A stretch of 46,691 nucleotides of DNA from a virus, in the IMG/VR virus record IMGVR_UViG_3300020202_000024, positions 1-46,691 of that record. One strand, written 5' to 3'. Positions 38,799 to 46,691 of this stretch are shown one piece after another (within the stretch, counting starts at the first letter, position 1; every line of letters begins with the position of its first letter). The position numbers and the translations under genes are program-made. Under the pieces are notes generated by a model. That model did no database searches. It saw nothing but the letters and a program-made list of their open reading frames with translations, and was not told where the DNA came from.

Positions 38799-39599
38799 AT
38801 GCACATCACGCCGCCGGGAGAGATCGAGCGCAAGTTTATCTCTGAATACAGTCGCGTGCGATCGCGGCTGTGGGCGCCACCGGCCCACATCCGTCCCAAC
38901 CCGCCAATGCCGGAACCGGAGATCCGTTCCGAGCCCGTGCTAGAAATTGTCTGCGCTACGCCAGATCCTGAGCCGATCATTGCTCAGCCCAAAGAAGCAT
39001 TGCCGGCCGAGACGCGTCTCACATGCCGTTTCATATTCGAGCACGTCGCGGCGTTCTATCGCATCACCATGGTCGATCTCCTTTCCAGCCGCCGGCAGGC
39101 CCGCATTGTCGGCCCTCGGCACGTCGCCATGTATCTCGCGCGGCACATGACGACCCGGTCGCTTCCCGAGGTCGGGCGCCTGCTCGGCGGGAAGGATCAC
39201 ACAACGGTCCTGCACGGCGTCGGGCGCATCACTGAGCGGCTTCCCGACGAACCGGCGCTGGCGGCTGACGTGACTGAGCTGACGCGCAGGATTGCGGCCG
39301 GCGAGCCTGTATTGGTGCAGCCCCCGCCAGAGCCCAAGGCGCGCCGCGCGGTCAAGGCCAGGATCAAGAAGCCTCGGCGCAAATCGCTCGAGGTGGAGCT
39401 TGCGCCAAAGGTTTCGTTCTGGACCGCGCAACGCGACGCGGAGCTGACCCGCTTCTGGCACGAGGGCGTGCTTGTCGAGGACATGAGCGAGCGTTTCGGC
39501 AAGAGCCCGTCAACGATCCGCGACCGCGCCAACAGGATCGGCCTGCCTCTGCGGCGCGGGCACTGGCAGGAGATCGTCCGCGAGGTGCCGTTCCGGTGA
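38799..39599 (+). CDS. DnaA domain-IV-like DNA-binding protein fused to a GcrA-like HTH
   Basis: The centre (I...VA.FY.I...DLLS.RR...IV.PRHVAMYLAR..T..SLPEVGR..GGKDHTTVLHG) is Bac_DnaA_C-like. The C-terminus (WT..RDAELTRFW.EG.....M.ERFGKS..TI.DRANRIGL) resembles the GcrA N-domain. Confidence 0.65.
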   Translation: MHITPPGEIERKFISEYSRVRSRLWAPPAHIRPNPPMPEPEIRSEPVLEIVCATPDPEPIIAQPKEALPAETRLTCRFIFEHVAAFYRITMVDLLSSRRQARIVGPRHVAMYLARHMTTRSLPEVGRLLGGKDHTTVLHGVGRITERLPDEPALAADVTELTRRIAAGEPVLVQPPPEPKARRAVKARIKKPRRKSLEVELAPKVSFWTAQRDAELTRFWHEGVLVEDMSERFGKSPSTIRDRANRIGLPLRRGHWQEIVREVPFR

Positions 39600-40459
39600 T
39601 CATCATCCCGAAGAACTGGGCTGCCTTCCAGCACTACAAGGACCGCGCGCCGGCTTGGATCAAGCTGCACCGCGGCCTGCTGGATGACTACGAGTTCGCG
39701 CGCCTGCCGGTCGAGAGCAGGGCGCTGGCGCCGCTCCTGTGGCTCCTGGCGGCCGAGAATGAGAATGGCGAGATCGACGCCAGTCTCGACCGTCTTTGCT
39801 TCCGTCTCCGGCTGACCGGCGCGGAAATTTCCGAGGCGCTACACCCGCTCATCGAGTCCGGTTTCTTCATCCGGGTTGACGATGTAGCGCCGCGCTCCAT
39901 TGACCGTAGCGAGCCGCTACAAGCCTCGGAGCACGATGCTAGACAGATGCTACAGACCACGGAGCAAAATGCTCCCCTAGAAGAGGAGAGAAGAGATACA
40001 AGTATAGAAGAGGAGAGGAGAGGCGCTTCCGCGCCCCGGATCAAGCGGGAACGGAAAAAGCCAGAAGCGGCTTTGCCGACCGACTGGAAGCCATCCCCAG
40101 ACCTTCGCCAGTCCTGCTTGAACCTCGGCCTCTCGGATCGCGAGATCGATCGGGAGGTGGCGAAATTCCGCAACCACGCTCAGCAGGGCGATCGGCGCGT
40201 GCGGGACTGGCCTGCAGCGTTCCGCAACTGGTGCATCAAGGCGCTCGAGATGTCCGGCCGTGAGCCTCGGGTGGACGATGGCGCCCCGATCACGGCCTGC
40301 ACAATCACACCGGAGTCGCCGAGCTGGCCCGCCTGGCGCGCTCATTACGAGGCCGCCGGTAAGCGGTTTCCGTTGTCTGAGATGGATCGCATCGCGGAGA
40401 CGTGCGGCTCGTGGACGGTGCCGAGCGAGTGGCCGCCGGGAGCGCCGGATGTCCACTGA
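39596..40459 (+). CDS. Replication initiation/primosome-loading protein (DUF1376/DnaT-like)
   Basis: 287 aa: W..FQHY.DR.P.WIKLH..LLDD..F..L....R.L..LLWLLA. Contains an internal purine-rich repeat. Confidence 0.55.
   Translation: MIIIPKNWAAFQHYKDRAPAWIKLHRGLLDDYEFARLPVESRALAPLLWLLAAENENGEIDASLDRLCFRLRLTGAEISEALHPLIESGFFIRVDDVAPRSIDRSEPLQASEHDARQMLQTTEQNAPLEEERRDTSIEEERRGASAPRIKRERKKPEAALPTDWKPSPDLRQSCLNLGLSDREIDREVAKFRNHAQQGDRRVRDWPAAFRNWCIKALEMSGREPRVDDGAPITACTITPESPSWPAWRAHYEAAGKRFPLSEMDRIAETCGSWTVPSEWPPGAPDVH
39978..40017. repeat. Direct repeats TAGAAGAGGAGAG x2 in a 45-nt polypurine, AT-richer tract
   Basis: Copies at 39978-39990 and 40005-40017, inside the replication gene (encoding EEERR twice). 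Confidence 0.7.
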
Positions 40460-40814
40460 AACCGTACTCGACCTGCCTGTGCCCCCGAGCGTCAACCGCA
40501 CCCGCCGCGTGGACTGGGCTGGCCGAGCCGATGTGAAGCGCTGGATGATGCGCGCGGACGAACTGATCTATGCGTTCAAACAGCCGTGCGGCCCAGCCGA
40601 CATGCTGGAGGGCCAATTCGAGGCCACGATCATCCTATCGGAAGCGCACACGAAGATGGACGCGGACAACGCGATCAAGGCGGTGATCGACTACGCGCGC
40701 CGGCTCGAGCTGGTCAAGGACGATAGCCCGAAGTTCATGCGCAAGATCACGGTCGAATGGGGACATGCGCCCCACGGCTGCAGGCTGATCCTGAGGCCGG
40801 CTGGGGACTGCTGA
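40449..40814 (+). CDS. rusA: RusA-family Holliday-junction resolvase
   Basis: 121 aa: LDLPVPPSVN...W, then DADNAIKAVIDY......VKDDS. Confidence 0.75.
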   Translation: MSTETVLDLPVPPSVNRTRRVDWAGRADVKRWMMRADELIYAFKQPCGPADMLEGQFEATIILSEAHTKMDADNAIKAVIDYARRLELVKDDSPKFMRKITVEWGHAPHGCRLILRPAGDC

Positions 40815-40827
40815 GAGGGAGAGCGGG

Positions 40828-40968
40828 ATGAGCATCGGAGCGGGAATCGCGTTGGCGGGCGTCTGGCTGTTCGCTGCGGCGTGCGCGTTGAGCCGTACCG
40901 TGACGGCAAGTGGCATGATCCTTGGCATCGTCGTCGCGCTCGTCGCAACGCTGCTCATCGCGACATGA
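40828..40968 (+). CDS. 46-aa membrane peptide
   Basis: Two hydrophobic segments; GGGAGAG SD. Below the track cutoff. Confidence 0.4.
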   Translation: MSIGAGIALAGVWLFAAACALSRTVTASGMILGIVVALVATLLIAT

Positions 40969-40996
40969 TCCACGTGAAACGTAGGGATACCCCTTA

Positions 40997-41188
40997 ATGA
41001 CCACCGAGAACCAGCCGCACGTCGTCTACCCGAGGGGCGCAACACGCGGCTATATCGGGATGTTTGCGACATACGCAGACGCCTATGCCGCGTGGAAGGA
41101 CTACCATTCGCGCCGCCACCCTTTCGTCATCGCCACTCTCGGCCGCGTAATCGACCCCTCCGTTGAAATCGTAGACGTGAACGAGTGA
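40997..41188 (+). CDS. Hypothetical protein
   Basis: 63 aa. Confidence 0.5.
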   Translation: MTTENQPHVVYPRGATRGYIGMFATYADAYAAWKDYHSRRHPFVIATLGRVIDPSVEIVDVNE

Positions 41189-41194
41189 GGCCAA

Positions 41195-41365
41195 ATGACC
41201 ATCTCTAAGATTATCGGCGTGCTGATGCTCGCCACCCCCTTTGTGGCCTGCTTCGTGTTTATTGCCGTCCTGGTCGGTCTTGTGCCGACTGCGGCAATAT
41301 TCGGGACAGTCTTGCTCGTCATGCTCTGGATTGGCGCTGGTGTTCATTTGGTCATGGGGGGCTGA
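41195..41365 (+). CDS. 56-aa 2-TM membrane protein
   Basis: IIGVLMLATPFVACFVFIAVLVGLV and IFGTVLLVMLWIGAGVHLV. Below the track cutoff. Confidence 0.45.
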   Translation: MTISKIIGVLMLATPFVACFVFIAVLVGLVPTAAIFGTVLLVMLWIGAGVHLVMGG

Positions 41366-41433
41366 CCCCATGCCCCCGCGCAACCGTCGAAAGGCAAGGC
41401 CGACAATGCCGAAGGTTCACGACAGGAGGTCCG

Positions 41434-42009
41434 ATGTTGGCTGAGCGCATTGAACCGAGGGCTGCGGTCCAAGCCTCGCCACTGATCCCCGCAAGTTTCT
41501 CGCGGCCGATCTGGCTGGTGATCTATACCAACATCAAATGCGAATACCGGGTCCGCGGCGGTCTCGCCGGTAAGGGATTCCGCTGCTACGTGCCGGAAAT
41601 GACCAAGTGGGTATCTCACGCCCGCACGAAGCAGAAGGTCAAGCGCCCGCTGTTCCAGCGTTATGTGTTCGTCGAGATCGATATGGACCAGCAATCCATG
41701 GAGGACATCCGGCAGACCGATGGCGTCGAGACCGTGCTGTTCAACGAGGGCGTGGCCATGCCGTTCACAGTTCCGGAGGGCTTCATCGAGGAGACCTTGC
41801 GCCGGCAGCTCGCGGGCGATTTCGACTTCACCAAGGAGGATCCGATGCCGCTGGGAGCAAAGGTGGTGATCGTCCAGGGCGAATGGGATGGCCTGTTCGC
41901 GGTCGTCACCGGCCGGAAGGGCGGGGCGGGTAACGGCGACGTGATGCTCAAGGTCCTGAAAATGAAGGCGCCGATTCGACTACCCCTTGCGTCGATCCGC
42001 GCGAGGTGA
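41434..42009 (+). CDS. NusG/RfaH-like transcription antiterminator
   Basis: 191 aa. NGN-like W.VIYT....E..V...L...GF.CYVPE.......R......PLFQRYVFV, plus a KOW-like GAKVVIVQGEWDGLFAVV. Confidence 0.7.
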   Translation: MLAERIEPRAAVQASPLIPASFSRPIWLVIYTNIKCEYRVRGGLAGKGFRCYVPEMTKWVSHARTKQKVKRPLFQRYVFVEIDMDQQSMEDIRQTDGVETVLFNEGVAMPFTVPEGFIEETLRRQLAGDFDFTKEDPMPLGAKVVIVQGEWDGLFAVVTGRKGGAGNGDVMLKVLKMKAPIRLPLASIRAR

Positions 42010-42022
42010 TACAAGATGCGCG

Positions 42023-42065
42023 AGCCGTGCCGGAGATCCGTATGGATCACCCGCATGGCTTTTTG
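42023..42065 (+). terminator. Rho-independent terminator t1, directly after the NusG-like gene
   Basis: AGCCGTGC/GCATGGCT outer stem, GATCC-GTAT-GGATC inner stem, then TTTTG. Confidence 0.65.
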
Positions 42066-42271
42066 CGTCTGGCCATGGCTAGGCGTGTCGATTCTCGCGG
42101 CGGCGTGGAAAGCTAGGCGAGTAGCCAGAGACACGCTTGTCGAGGACAGGGAAGGTGCGGGGGAGGCGAGAGCTGTTGATCCCGGTTGGGCGACACGCCC
42201 GCCGATAGCCTGAGCCGGAGTAGCGCCCGGCCCGCGAGATTATCCCCAGCCGGATACGTTCTGGCTGACAG

Positions 42272-42304
42272 GCCGCTCCGGTTCGCTGGGGCGGCTTTTC
42301 CATT
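42272..42304 (+). terminator. Rho-independent terminator t2, before the late genes
   Basis: GCCGCTCCGG-TTCG-CTGGGGCGGC (10 bp, two G-U pairs, TTCG tetraloop), then TTTTCCATTT. Confidence 0.75.
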
Positions 42305-42335
42305 TGGAGGCTGCGATGCGCGAAGGCTGGCACTG

Positions 42336-42632
42336 ATGTGCACCGTTTCGATGGTCGGCGATTTCTACCGGGATAATCTGCCCAACCGGCATCCCTGGAT
42401 CAACATCACCAGCCCGACTTTTGCGCCGGTCCCGCCCGTCTCGCGCGAGGAGTTCGAGGCTCTGAAGCGTGACGTGGCTGACATGAAAGAGCTTCTCAAG
42501 CGCGCCAAGGCGTATGACGAGGCCAACGGCGAGCCGGACTGCGAGCTCGACGAGAAGGTGGCGCTGCTGCGGCGCGTGGCCGAATTGGTGGGCGTGAGCC
42601 TTGACGACGTTCTTGGCGCAAAGCCAGCCTGA
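42336..42632 (+). CDS. Hypothetical late-leader protein
   Basis: 98 aa: SREEFEALKRDVADMKELLKRAKAYDEANGEPDCELDEKVALLRRVAELVGV. Preceded by a 6-codon uORF (42316..42336) that carries the GGAGG SD and ends in TGATG. Confidence 0.6.
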   Translation: MCTVSMVGDFYRDNLPNRHPWINITSPTFAPVPPVSREEFEALKRDVADMKELLKRAKAYDEANGEPDCELDEKVALLRRVAELVGVSLDDVLGAKPA

Positions 42633-42633
42633 C

Positions 42634-42807
42634 ATGGGCGACGTTCTCTCATTCAAGCGCCCTGAGCCCAAGCCAAAGCGCATCAAATCCCTCGGCCTCG
42701 GCTATCCCAAGCCAGAGGACGAAGCAGCCGCCAAGGCCATTGTAGACGCTATGGCGCTGCATCATGGGCTCGATATCGAGATACTGCCTGAGGACGATGC
42801 GAGTTGA
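42634..42807 (+). CDS. Small hypothetical protein
   Basis: 57 aa from ATG 42634. Confidence 0.5.
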   Translation: MGDVLSFKRPEPKPKRIKSLGLGYPKPEDEAAAKAIVDAMALHHGLDIEILPEDDAS

Positions 42808-42836
42808 AATGAAACCAAGAAATCAAGTTATTCAAG

Positions 42837-43103
42837 ATGGCGCACGGCGGACCTAGGAAGGGCGCGGGCCGAAAGCCTGGTCAGGCAACCAAGATGAATC
42901 AGGAGGCGCGGGAGCAGGCGCTCTCCACTGGCATCTCGCCCCTGGACTACATGCTTGGCTTGCTCCGCAACGAGCAGAACGATCAGGCCATGAGGTTTGA
43001 GGCTGCGAAGGCCGCGGCGCCGTATGTGCATGCCCGGCTCTCGAGCATTGAGGCAGATGTCAACATCAGCGGCCACGAAGCAGCGCTCAACGAGCTTGAG
43101 TGA
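42837..43103 (+). CDS. terS: Terminase small subunit
   Basis: 88 aa. N-terminal GGPRKGAGRKPG and RFEAAKAAAPYVHARL are typical of small terminases. Sits immediately upstream of terL. Confidence 0.65.
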   Translation: MAHGGPRKGAGRKPGQATKMNQEAREQALSTGISPLDYMLGLLRNEQNDQAMRFEAAKAAAPYVHARLSSIEADVNISGHEAALNELE

Positions 43104-44631
43104 CCGCGAGCGCGCCATTCGGCGGCGGCTCCGGGACGATTTCGCTCATTACGCATCGAAGTGCCTGAAGATCCGCACGAAGGCTGGCGGGATCGAGCCG
43201 TTAGTCCTCAACCGGGCGCAGCTCTACCTGCATGACCGGCTGGAGCGGCAACTAGCGGAGACCGGCAAGGTTCGGGCGCTGGTCCTCAAGGGCCGCCAGC
43301 AAGGGGTGTCCACCTACACGGGTGCCAGGTTCTACCATCTGGCGACGCACCGCCGCGGTCATCGGGTGTTCATCCTGACCCACGAGCAGGAGGCGACGGA
43401 CAACCTGTTCGATATGGCGAATAGGTTTCATGAGCACTGCCCGGCGCTGGTACGGCCTCACACCGGCAAGGCCAACGCCAAGGAATTGGACTTCGATCGG
43501 CTCGACAGCGGCTATAAGGTCGGGACGGCTGGCACTAAAGCGGTCGGGCGGTCACAGACAATTCAGATCTTCCACGGCTCCGAGGTCGCTTTCTGGCCTC
43601 ATGCCGATACGCATGCTGCTGGCGTAATCCAGGCCGTCCCGGACATTCCTGGCACGGAAATCCTGCTGGAAAGCACAGCGAACGGGCTGGGCAACTTCTT
43701 TCATCAGAAGTGGCAGCAGGCTGAGGCGGGACAGTCCGAATACATCGCGATCTTCATCCCCTGGTACTGGCAGGAAGAATACACCAAGCCGGTGCCGCCA
43801 GGGTTCCGGCTGGAGCCGGAGGAAGTTGAGTACCAAGAGGCTTACGGTCTCACGCTTGGGCAGATGGCATGGCGCCGGGCCAAGATAGTCGAGCTTGGAG
43901 ACCCGCTGTTGTTCAAGCAGGAATACCCGGCCAACGCGGCGGAGGCGTTCCAGCTCACAGGCCACGATAGCTACATCCAGCCGGCGCTGGTGATGAAGGC
44001 CCGCAAGAACACCTGTGAGGCCGCTGGCCCGCTGGTTCTGGGCGTTGACCCGGCTCGGTATGGGAAGGATCGCTTCTCGATCGCCTGGCGGCGGGGCCGG
44101 AAGCTGCTGAAGGTCGAGAGCAAATCGAAGCTCGACACCATCGCGGGTGCTGGCTGGGTCAAGCAGGTCATTGAGGCGAACGGGCCGGCTCGTGTGTTCA
44201 TCGACGTTGGCGGGGTCGGCGCTGGCGTTGCGGACCTCCTGCGCGACTGGTTCGGGCCACGGCTGGTCCGGCACATCAATTTCGGCGGCGAGCCTCTACA
44301 TCCTCCTGGAGCCCAGGGCGGTGGCCCTCGGAATCGGCGGGCGGAGATGTGGATGCTCTCCAAGCAGTGGCTGGAAGATCCTGGCGGGGCGGATATCCCT
44401 GACAGCGACGCTCTGCAGGCCGACGCCTGCGGTCCGTCCTACAAGTACGACAGCAATACGCGGCTGGTCCTCGAATCGAAAGAGGACATGCTGCGGCGCG
44501 ACGTGCGGTCCCCGGATGAATGGGACGCGGTCGCGCTGACCTTCGCTGAGCCTGTTTCGCCGGACGAGGGCGATGATGACGACGAAGACTCGCACTCACA
44601 GCGCGGCCGGTCCGGCGTGACGGGGTATTGA
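43057..44631 (+). CDS. terL: Terminase large subunit
   Basis: About 520 aa. Walker-A-like VLKGRQQGVST, then ...FHGSEVAFW...ESTANG, and a nuclease half with VLGVDPARYGKDRFS. Start uncertain (ATG 43057 or TTG 43096). Confidence 0.8.
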   Translation: MSTSAATKQRSTSLSDRERAIRRRLRDDFAHYASKCLKIRTKAGGIEPLVLNRAQLYLHDRLERQLAETGKVRALVLKGRQQGVSTYTGARFYHLATHRRGHRVFILTHEQEATDNLFDMANRFHEHCPALVRPHTGKANAKELDFDRLDSGYKVGTAGTKAVGRSQTIQIFHGSEVAFWPHADTHAAGVIQAVPDIPGTEILLESTANGLGNFFHQKWQQAEAGQSEYIAIFIPWYWQEEYTKPVPPGFRLEPEEVEYQEAYGLTLGQMAWRRAKIVELGDPLLFKQEYPANAAEAFQLTGHDSYIQPALVMKARKNTCEAAGPLVLGVDPARYGKDRFSIAWRRGRKLLKVESKSKLDTIAGAGWVKQVIEANGPARVFIDVGGVGAGVADLLRDWFGPRLVRHINFGGEPLHPPGAQGGGPRNRRAEMWMLSKQWLEDPGGADIPDSDALQADACGPSYKYDSNTRLVLESKEDMLRRDVRSPDEWDAVALTFAEPVSPDEGDDDDEDSHSQRGRSGVTGY

Positions 44632-44635
44632 TCGT

Positions 44636-44818
44636 ATGGACGACAATCACGTCAGCAAATTCCCCGCAGAGTGGTGGAACGAGCGTCGTCGCCGAGATTA
44701 CTGGGTTGACGCATGCGGACTGGTGCACGTCAGGCCCGACAGCCCGACTGCTGTCGCCATCGAACTCAAGCTGAGGGACGTGGCCTTGGATATTGCGGCG
44801 CGTGGGACGAGGCATTGA
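44636..44818 (+). CDS. Hypothetical protein
   Basis: 60 aa between terL and the portal. Confidence 0.5.
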   Translation: MDDNHVSKFPAEWWNERRRRDYWVDACGLVHVRPDSPTAVAIELKLRDVALDIAARGTRH

Positions 44819-44820
44819 GC

Positions 44821-45006
44821 ATGGGGCACTTTGGCAGCGTCGCAGTGATGTGCACAGAGCGCGCGACCGATGGGGACGAGGTATCCTATGGCTTTCGCAT
44901 CACTCCAGAGGAGCAGAAAGACGGTCTCGCTGAAGTGGTGTTCGTCGAAGGGCTCCGTGGTTTGCAGATTGTGATGCGTCAAGCGCTAACTGCAGGGTTG
45001 GCCTAA
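44821..45006 (+). CDS. Hypothetical protein
   Basis: 61 aa from ATG 44821. Confidence 0.5.
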   Translation: MGHFGSVAVMCTERATDGDEVSYGFRITPEEQKDGLAEVVFVEGLRGLQIVMRQALTAGLA

Positions 45007-45007
45007 A

Positions 45008-46691
45008 ATGGCCTACGCCGCCGTCAAACAGGAGGGCAAGCGCTCGCCCCAGCTCGCCAAGACGATGGCGAAACTGTTCGAGTACGAGCAGGCCGGCAAC
45101 ATCGCTGAGTTGCTGGACGACGAACAGCTTGCAGCTATCGGCTACGATGTAGATCGCGGCTACGACATCGACAAGCGGTCCCGCTCTGACTGGGAGGAAT
45201 CGGCCGAGCGCGCCATGAACGTGGCGCTGCAGGTCCGCCAGCCCAAGAACTACCCGTTCCAGGGCGCGGCCAACATCAAATACCCGCTGGTCACGGTCGC
45301 GGCCCTGCAGTTCGGCGCCCGCGCCTATCCGGCGATCGTGGACGGAAACCGGATCGTCAAGGGTCAGGTACTCGGCAGGGACGACGGTGTCCCGCAGAAG
45401 GACGAGAACGGCGACCCGCGCATCGACCCGATGAATGGCGAGCCGCTCTGGATTACGCCGCCGGGCGTCAAGAAGGCCAAGGCGGATCGCGTCTCCCAGC
45501 ACATGAGCTATCAGCTTATGTGCGAAATGGAGGAGTGGGAGGAGGACACGGATGTACTGCTCCACCACCTTCCCATCGTGGGCTGCGCGTTCCGCAAGGT
45601 GTGGCGCTCTGAGGAGCTAGGCCGCAACAAGGCCGAGATGGTGCCGGCGATCCATCTCGTGGTGAACAACAAGGTGCGGAACCTCGATGAGGCGCCGCGG
45701 GTCACGCACGAGATTTTCCTTTACCCGCAGGACATCGAGGAGCGGAGGCGTTCAGGCACGTTTCTGGACATCGATCTGCCCGCGCCGGCCGATACGGACG
45801 GCAGCGGTGGGGATGATGATGCCCCGCACATGTTCCTGGAGCAGCACTGCTACCTGGATCTTGACGGGGACGACTACCGCGAGCCCTACATCGTCACGGT
45901 TCACAAGGACTCCTGCCAGGTGGTTCGCATCGTTGCGAACTACAACATGGAGAATGTGAGCACGAGCAAGGACGGCGAGCGGATTTCCCGGCTGCCCAAG
46001 GAACAGTATTTCGTCAAATACTCGTTCATCCCCGATCCGAAGGGCGGGTTCTACGATATCGGCTTCGGGAAGCTCCTGGAGAGCCTGTCCGAGACGATCG
46101 ACACGACCATCAATCAGATGCTCGACGCCGGCCACTTGCAGAACGCGGGCGGCGGGTTCATTGGCACTGCCGTTCGGCTCAAGAAGAAAGAAATCAAGGT
46201 CTCGCCCGGCCGATTCGAGCAGGTCGAGGTCGCCGGCGACATCCGCCAGCAGATCTACAATTTCGAGCACGCCGGCCCGTCTCCTGTCCTGTTCCAGCTC
46301 CTGGGCATGATGGTTGAGGCGGCCCGCGACATAACCGCGGTCAAAGACATCCTCACGGGCGACAGCGGCACGGACAGCCCGCAGACGGCCACGACGACCC
46401 TTGCCCTGATCGAGCAGGGCCTGAAGGTCTTCACGGCCATCTACAAGCGGGTTTATAGGGGGCTTAAGCAGGAACTGAAGCTGCTGGCTAATCTCAATGC
46501 CAAGCATCTCAGCGAAGAGGAATATTACACCTTCCTGGATCAGCAGCAGGTCGTAGCCAAAGAGGACTACGATCTCGCGTCCATGGACATCGTTCCGGTC
46601 GCCGATCCGAAGATGGTCACGGACATGCAGCGGTCAGCCCGCGCAAACGTGGTCATGACGATCGCCGGCCACCCAGTTCTCGGTGGAACTC
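45008..46691 (+). CDS. Portal protein, N-terminal and central part (runs off the window end; continues at 1..552)
   Basis: Open frame from ATG 45008 with no stop before the window end, so it is absent from the ORF track. With 1..552 it gives 702 codons. Sits after terL. Confidence 0.8.
   Translation, partial: MAYAAVKQEGKRSPQLAKTMAKLFEYEQAGNIAELLDDEQLAAIGYDVDRGYDIDKRSRSDWEESAERAMNVALQVRQPKNYPFQGAANIKYPLVTVAALQFGARAYPAIVDGNRIVKGQVLGRDDGVPQKDENGDPRIDPMNGEPLWITPPGVKKAKADRVSQHMSYQLMCEMEEWEEDTDVLLHHLPIVGCAFRKVWRSEELGRNKAEMVPAIHLVVNNKVRNLDEAPRVTHEIFLYPQDIEERRRSGTFLDIDLPAPADTDGSGGDDDAPHMFLEQHCYLDLDGDDYREPYIVTVHKDSCQVVRIVANYNMENVSTSKDGERISRLPKEQYFVKYSFIPDPKGGFYDIGFGKLLESLSETIDTTINQMLDAGHLQNAGGGFIGTAVRLKKKEIKVSPGRFEQVEVAGDIRQQIYNFEHAGPSPVLFQLLGMMVEAARDITAVKDILTGDSGTDSPQTATTTLALIEQGLKVFTAIYKRVYRGLKQELKLLANLNAKHLSEEEYYTFLDQQQVVAKEDYDLASMDIVPVADPKMVTDMQRSARANVVMTIAGHPVLGGT
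46565..46691. repeat. Terminal overlap copy 2 (identical to 1..127)
   Basis: Base-by-base identity; a length of 127 nt is typical of a k=127 assembler circular path. Confidence 0.95.

Larger units (their letters stand above)
1..46564. mobile_element. Complete temperate podovirus-like phage genome (circular contig, unique length 46,564 bp)
   Basis: Full set present: terS/terL, portal, scaffold, capsid, P22 gp10-like hub, ejection proteins, two fibres, lysis, integrase plus tRNA, CI/Cro switch, replication genes. The two ends overlap exactly by 127 bp. Confidence 0.85.

Noticed and set aside
42090-42110. ops-like element (GGCGGCGTGG) in the late leader as a recruitment site for the NusG/RfaH paralog
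   Set aside because: It is only a partial resemblance to the enterobacterial ops GGCGGTAGnnTG. GC-rich sequence makes such matches likely by chance, and the ops consensus for this lineage is unknown.
42016-42213. 65-aa plus-strand ORF with a hydrophobic stretch in the t1-t2 interval
   Set aside because: It begins inside terminator t1 and has no SD. Its tail is Arg/Gly/Ala-rich. The interval is better explained as a transcribed leader.
42804-42836. AT-rich spacer upstream of terS (TTGAAA-N18-TTATTC) as the late promoter
   Set aside because: The -10 candidates do not fit TAnnnT and lie only 3 nt from the ATG. The upstream genes are contiguous on the same strand. It is kept only as a weak possibility.
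1-46691. Looked for CRISPR arrays, transposases/IS elements, restriction endonuclease partners of the methyltransferase, and known defence signatures (TIR, SIR2, CBASS cyclase, AAA+/SMC ATPases)
   Set aside because: I found no regularly spaced repeats, no DDE/HUH-like ORFs, and no large ATPase other than terL. The methyltransferase appears to be an orphan.

Overview
The window is a complete temperate short-tailed phage genome, probably from a high-GC alphaproteobacterium, assembled as a circle. Bases 1-127 are identical to 46565-46691, so the unique length is 46,564 bp. One portal gene (45008..end plus 1..552) spans the junction.

Gene layout:
- **Morphogenesis and lysis (plus strand, 42.3 kb through the junction to 22.5 kb):** terS/terL, portal, GroES-like co-chaperonin, scaffold, capsid, tail fibre 1, adaptor-like protein and a P22 gp10-like tail hub. 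These are followed by a GNAT acetyltransferase, three ejection proteins (the largest carries a SleB-type cell-wall hydrolase domain), tail fibre 2, and a lysis cassette with overlapping spanins.
- **Minus strand (22.5-36.1 kb):** about 22 tiny genes beyond attP, a full tRNA-Val(UAC) next to a tyrosine integrase, a beta-class DNA methyltransferase, a Rad52/HNH recombination module, and a CI-like repressor.
- **Early-right operon (plus strand, 36.2-42.0 kb):** Cro-like protein, T5orf172 protein, a DnaA-domain-IV/GcrA-like fusion, a replication protein, RusA, and a NusG/RfaH-like regulator followed by two intrinsic terminators.

I found no named defence system, CRISPR array, reverse transcriptase or transposase.

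Best candidates for something undescribed:
1. A late-operon accessory cassette (20376-22472) encoding an HTH-metallophosphoesterase plus an orphan HslV/proteasome-type peptidase.
2. Four genes oriented against their neighbours, each with a promoter-like sequence that abuts the ATG (leaderless). Two encode 2-TM membrane proteins next to the two fibre genes.
3. An unusual locus beside the immunity switch (36437-37583): a gene convergent on cro, about 400 nt of structured non-coding DNA, and a 36-aa hydrophobic peptide.

All functional calls come from motif recognition by eye. No database search was possible.
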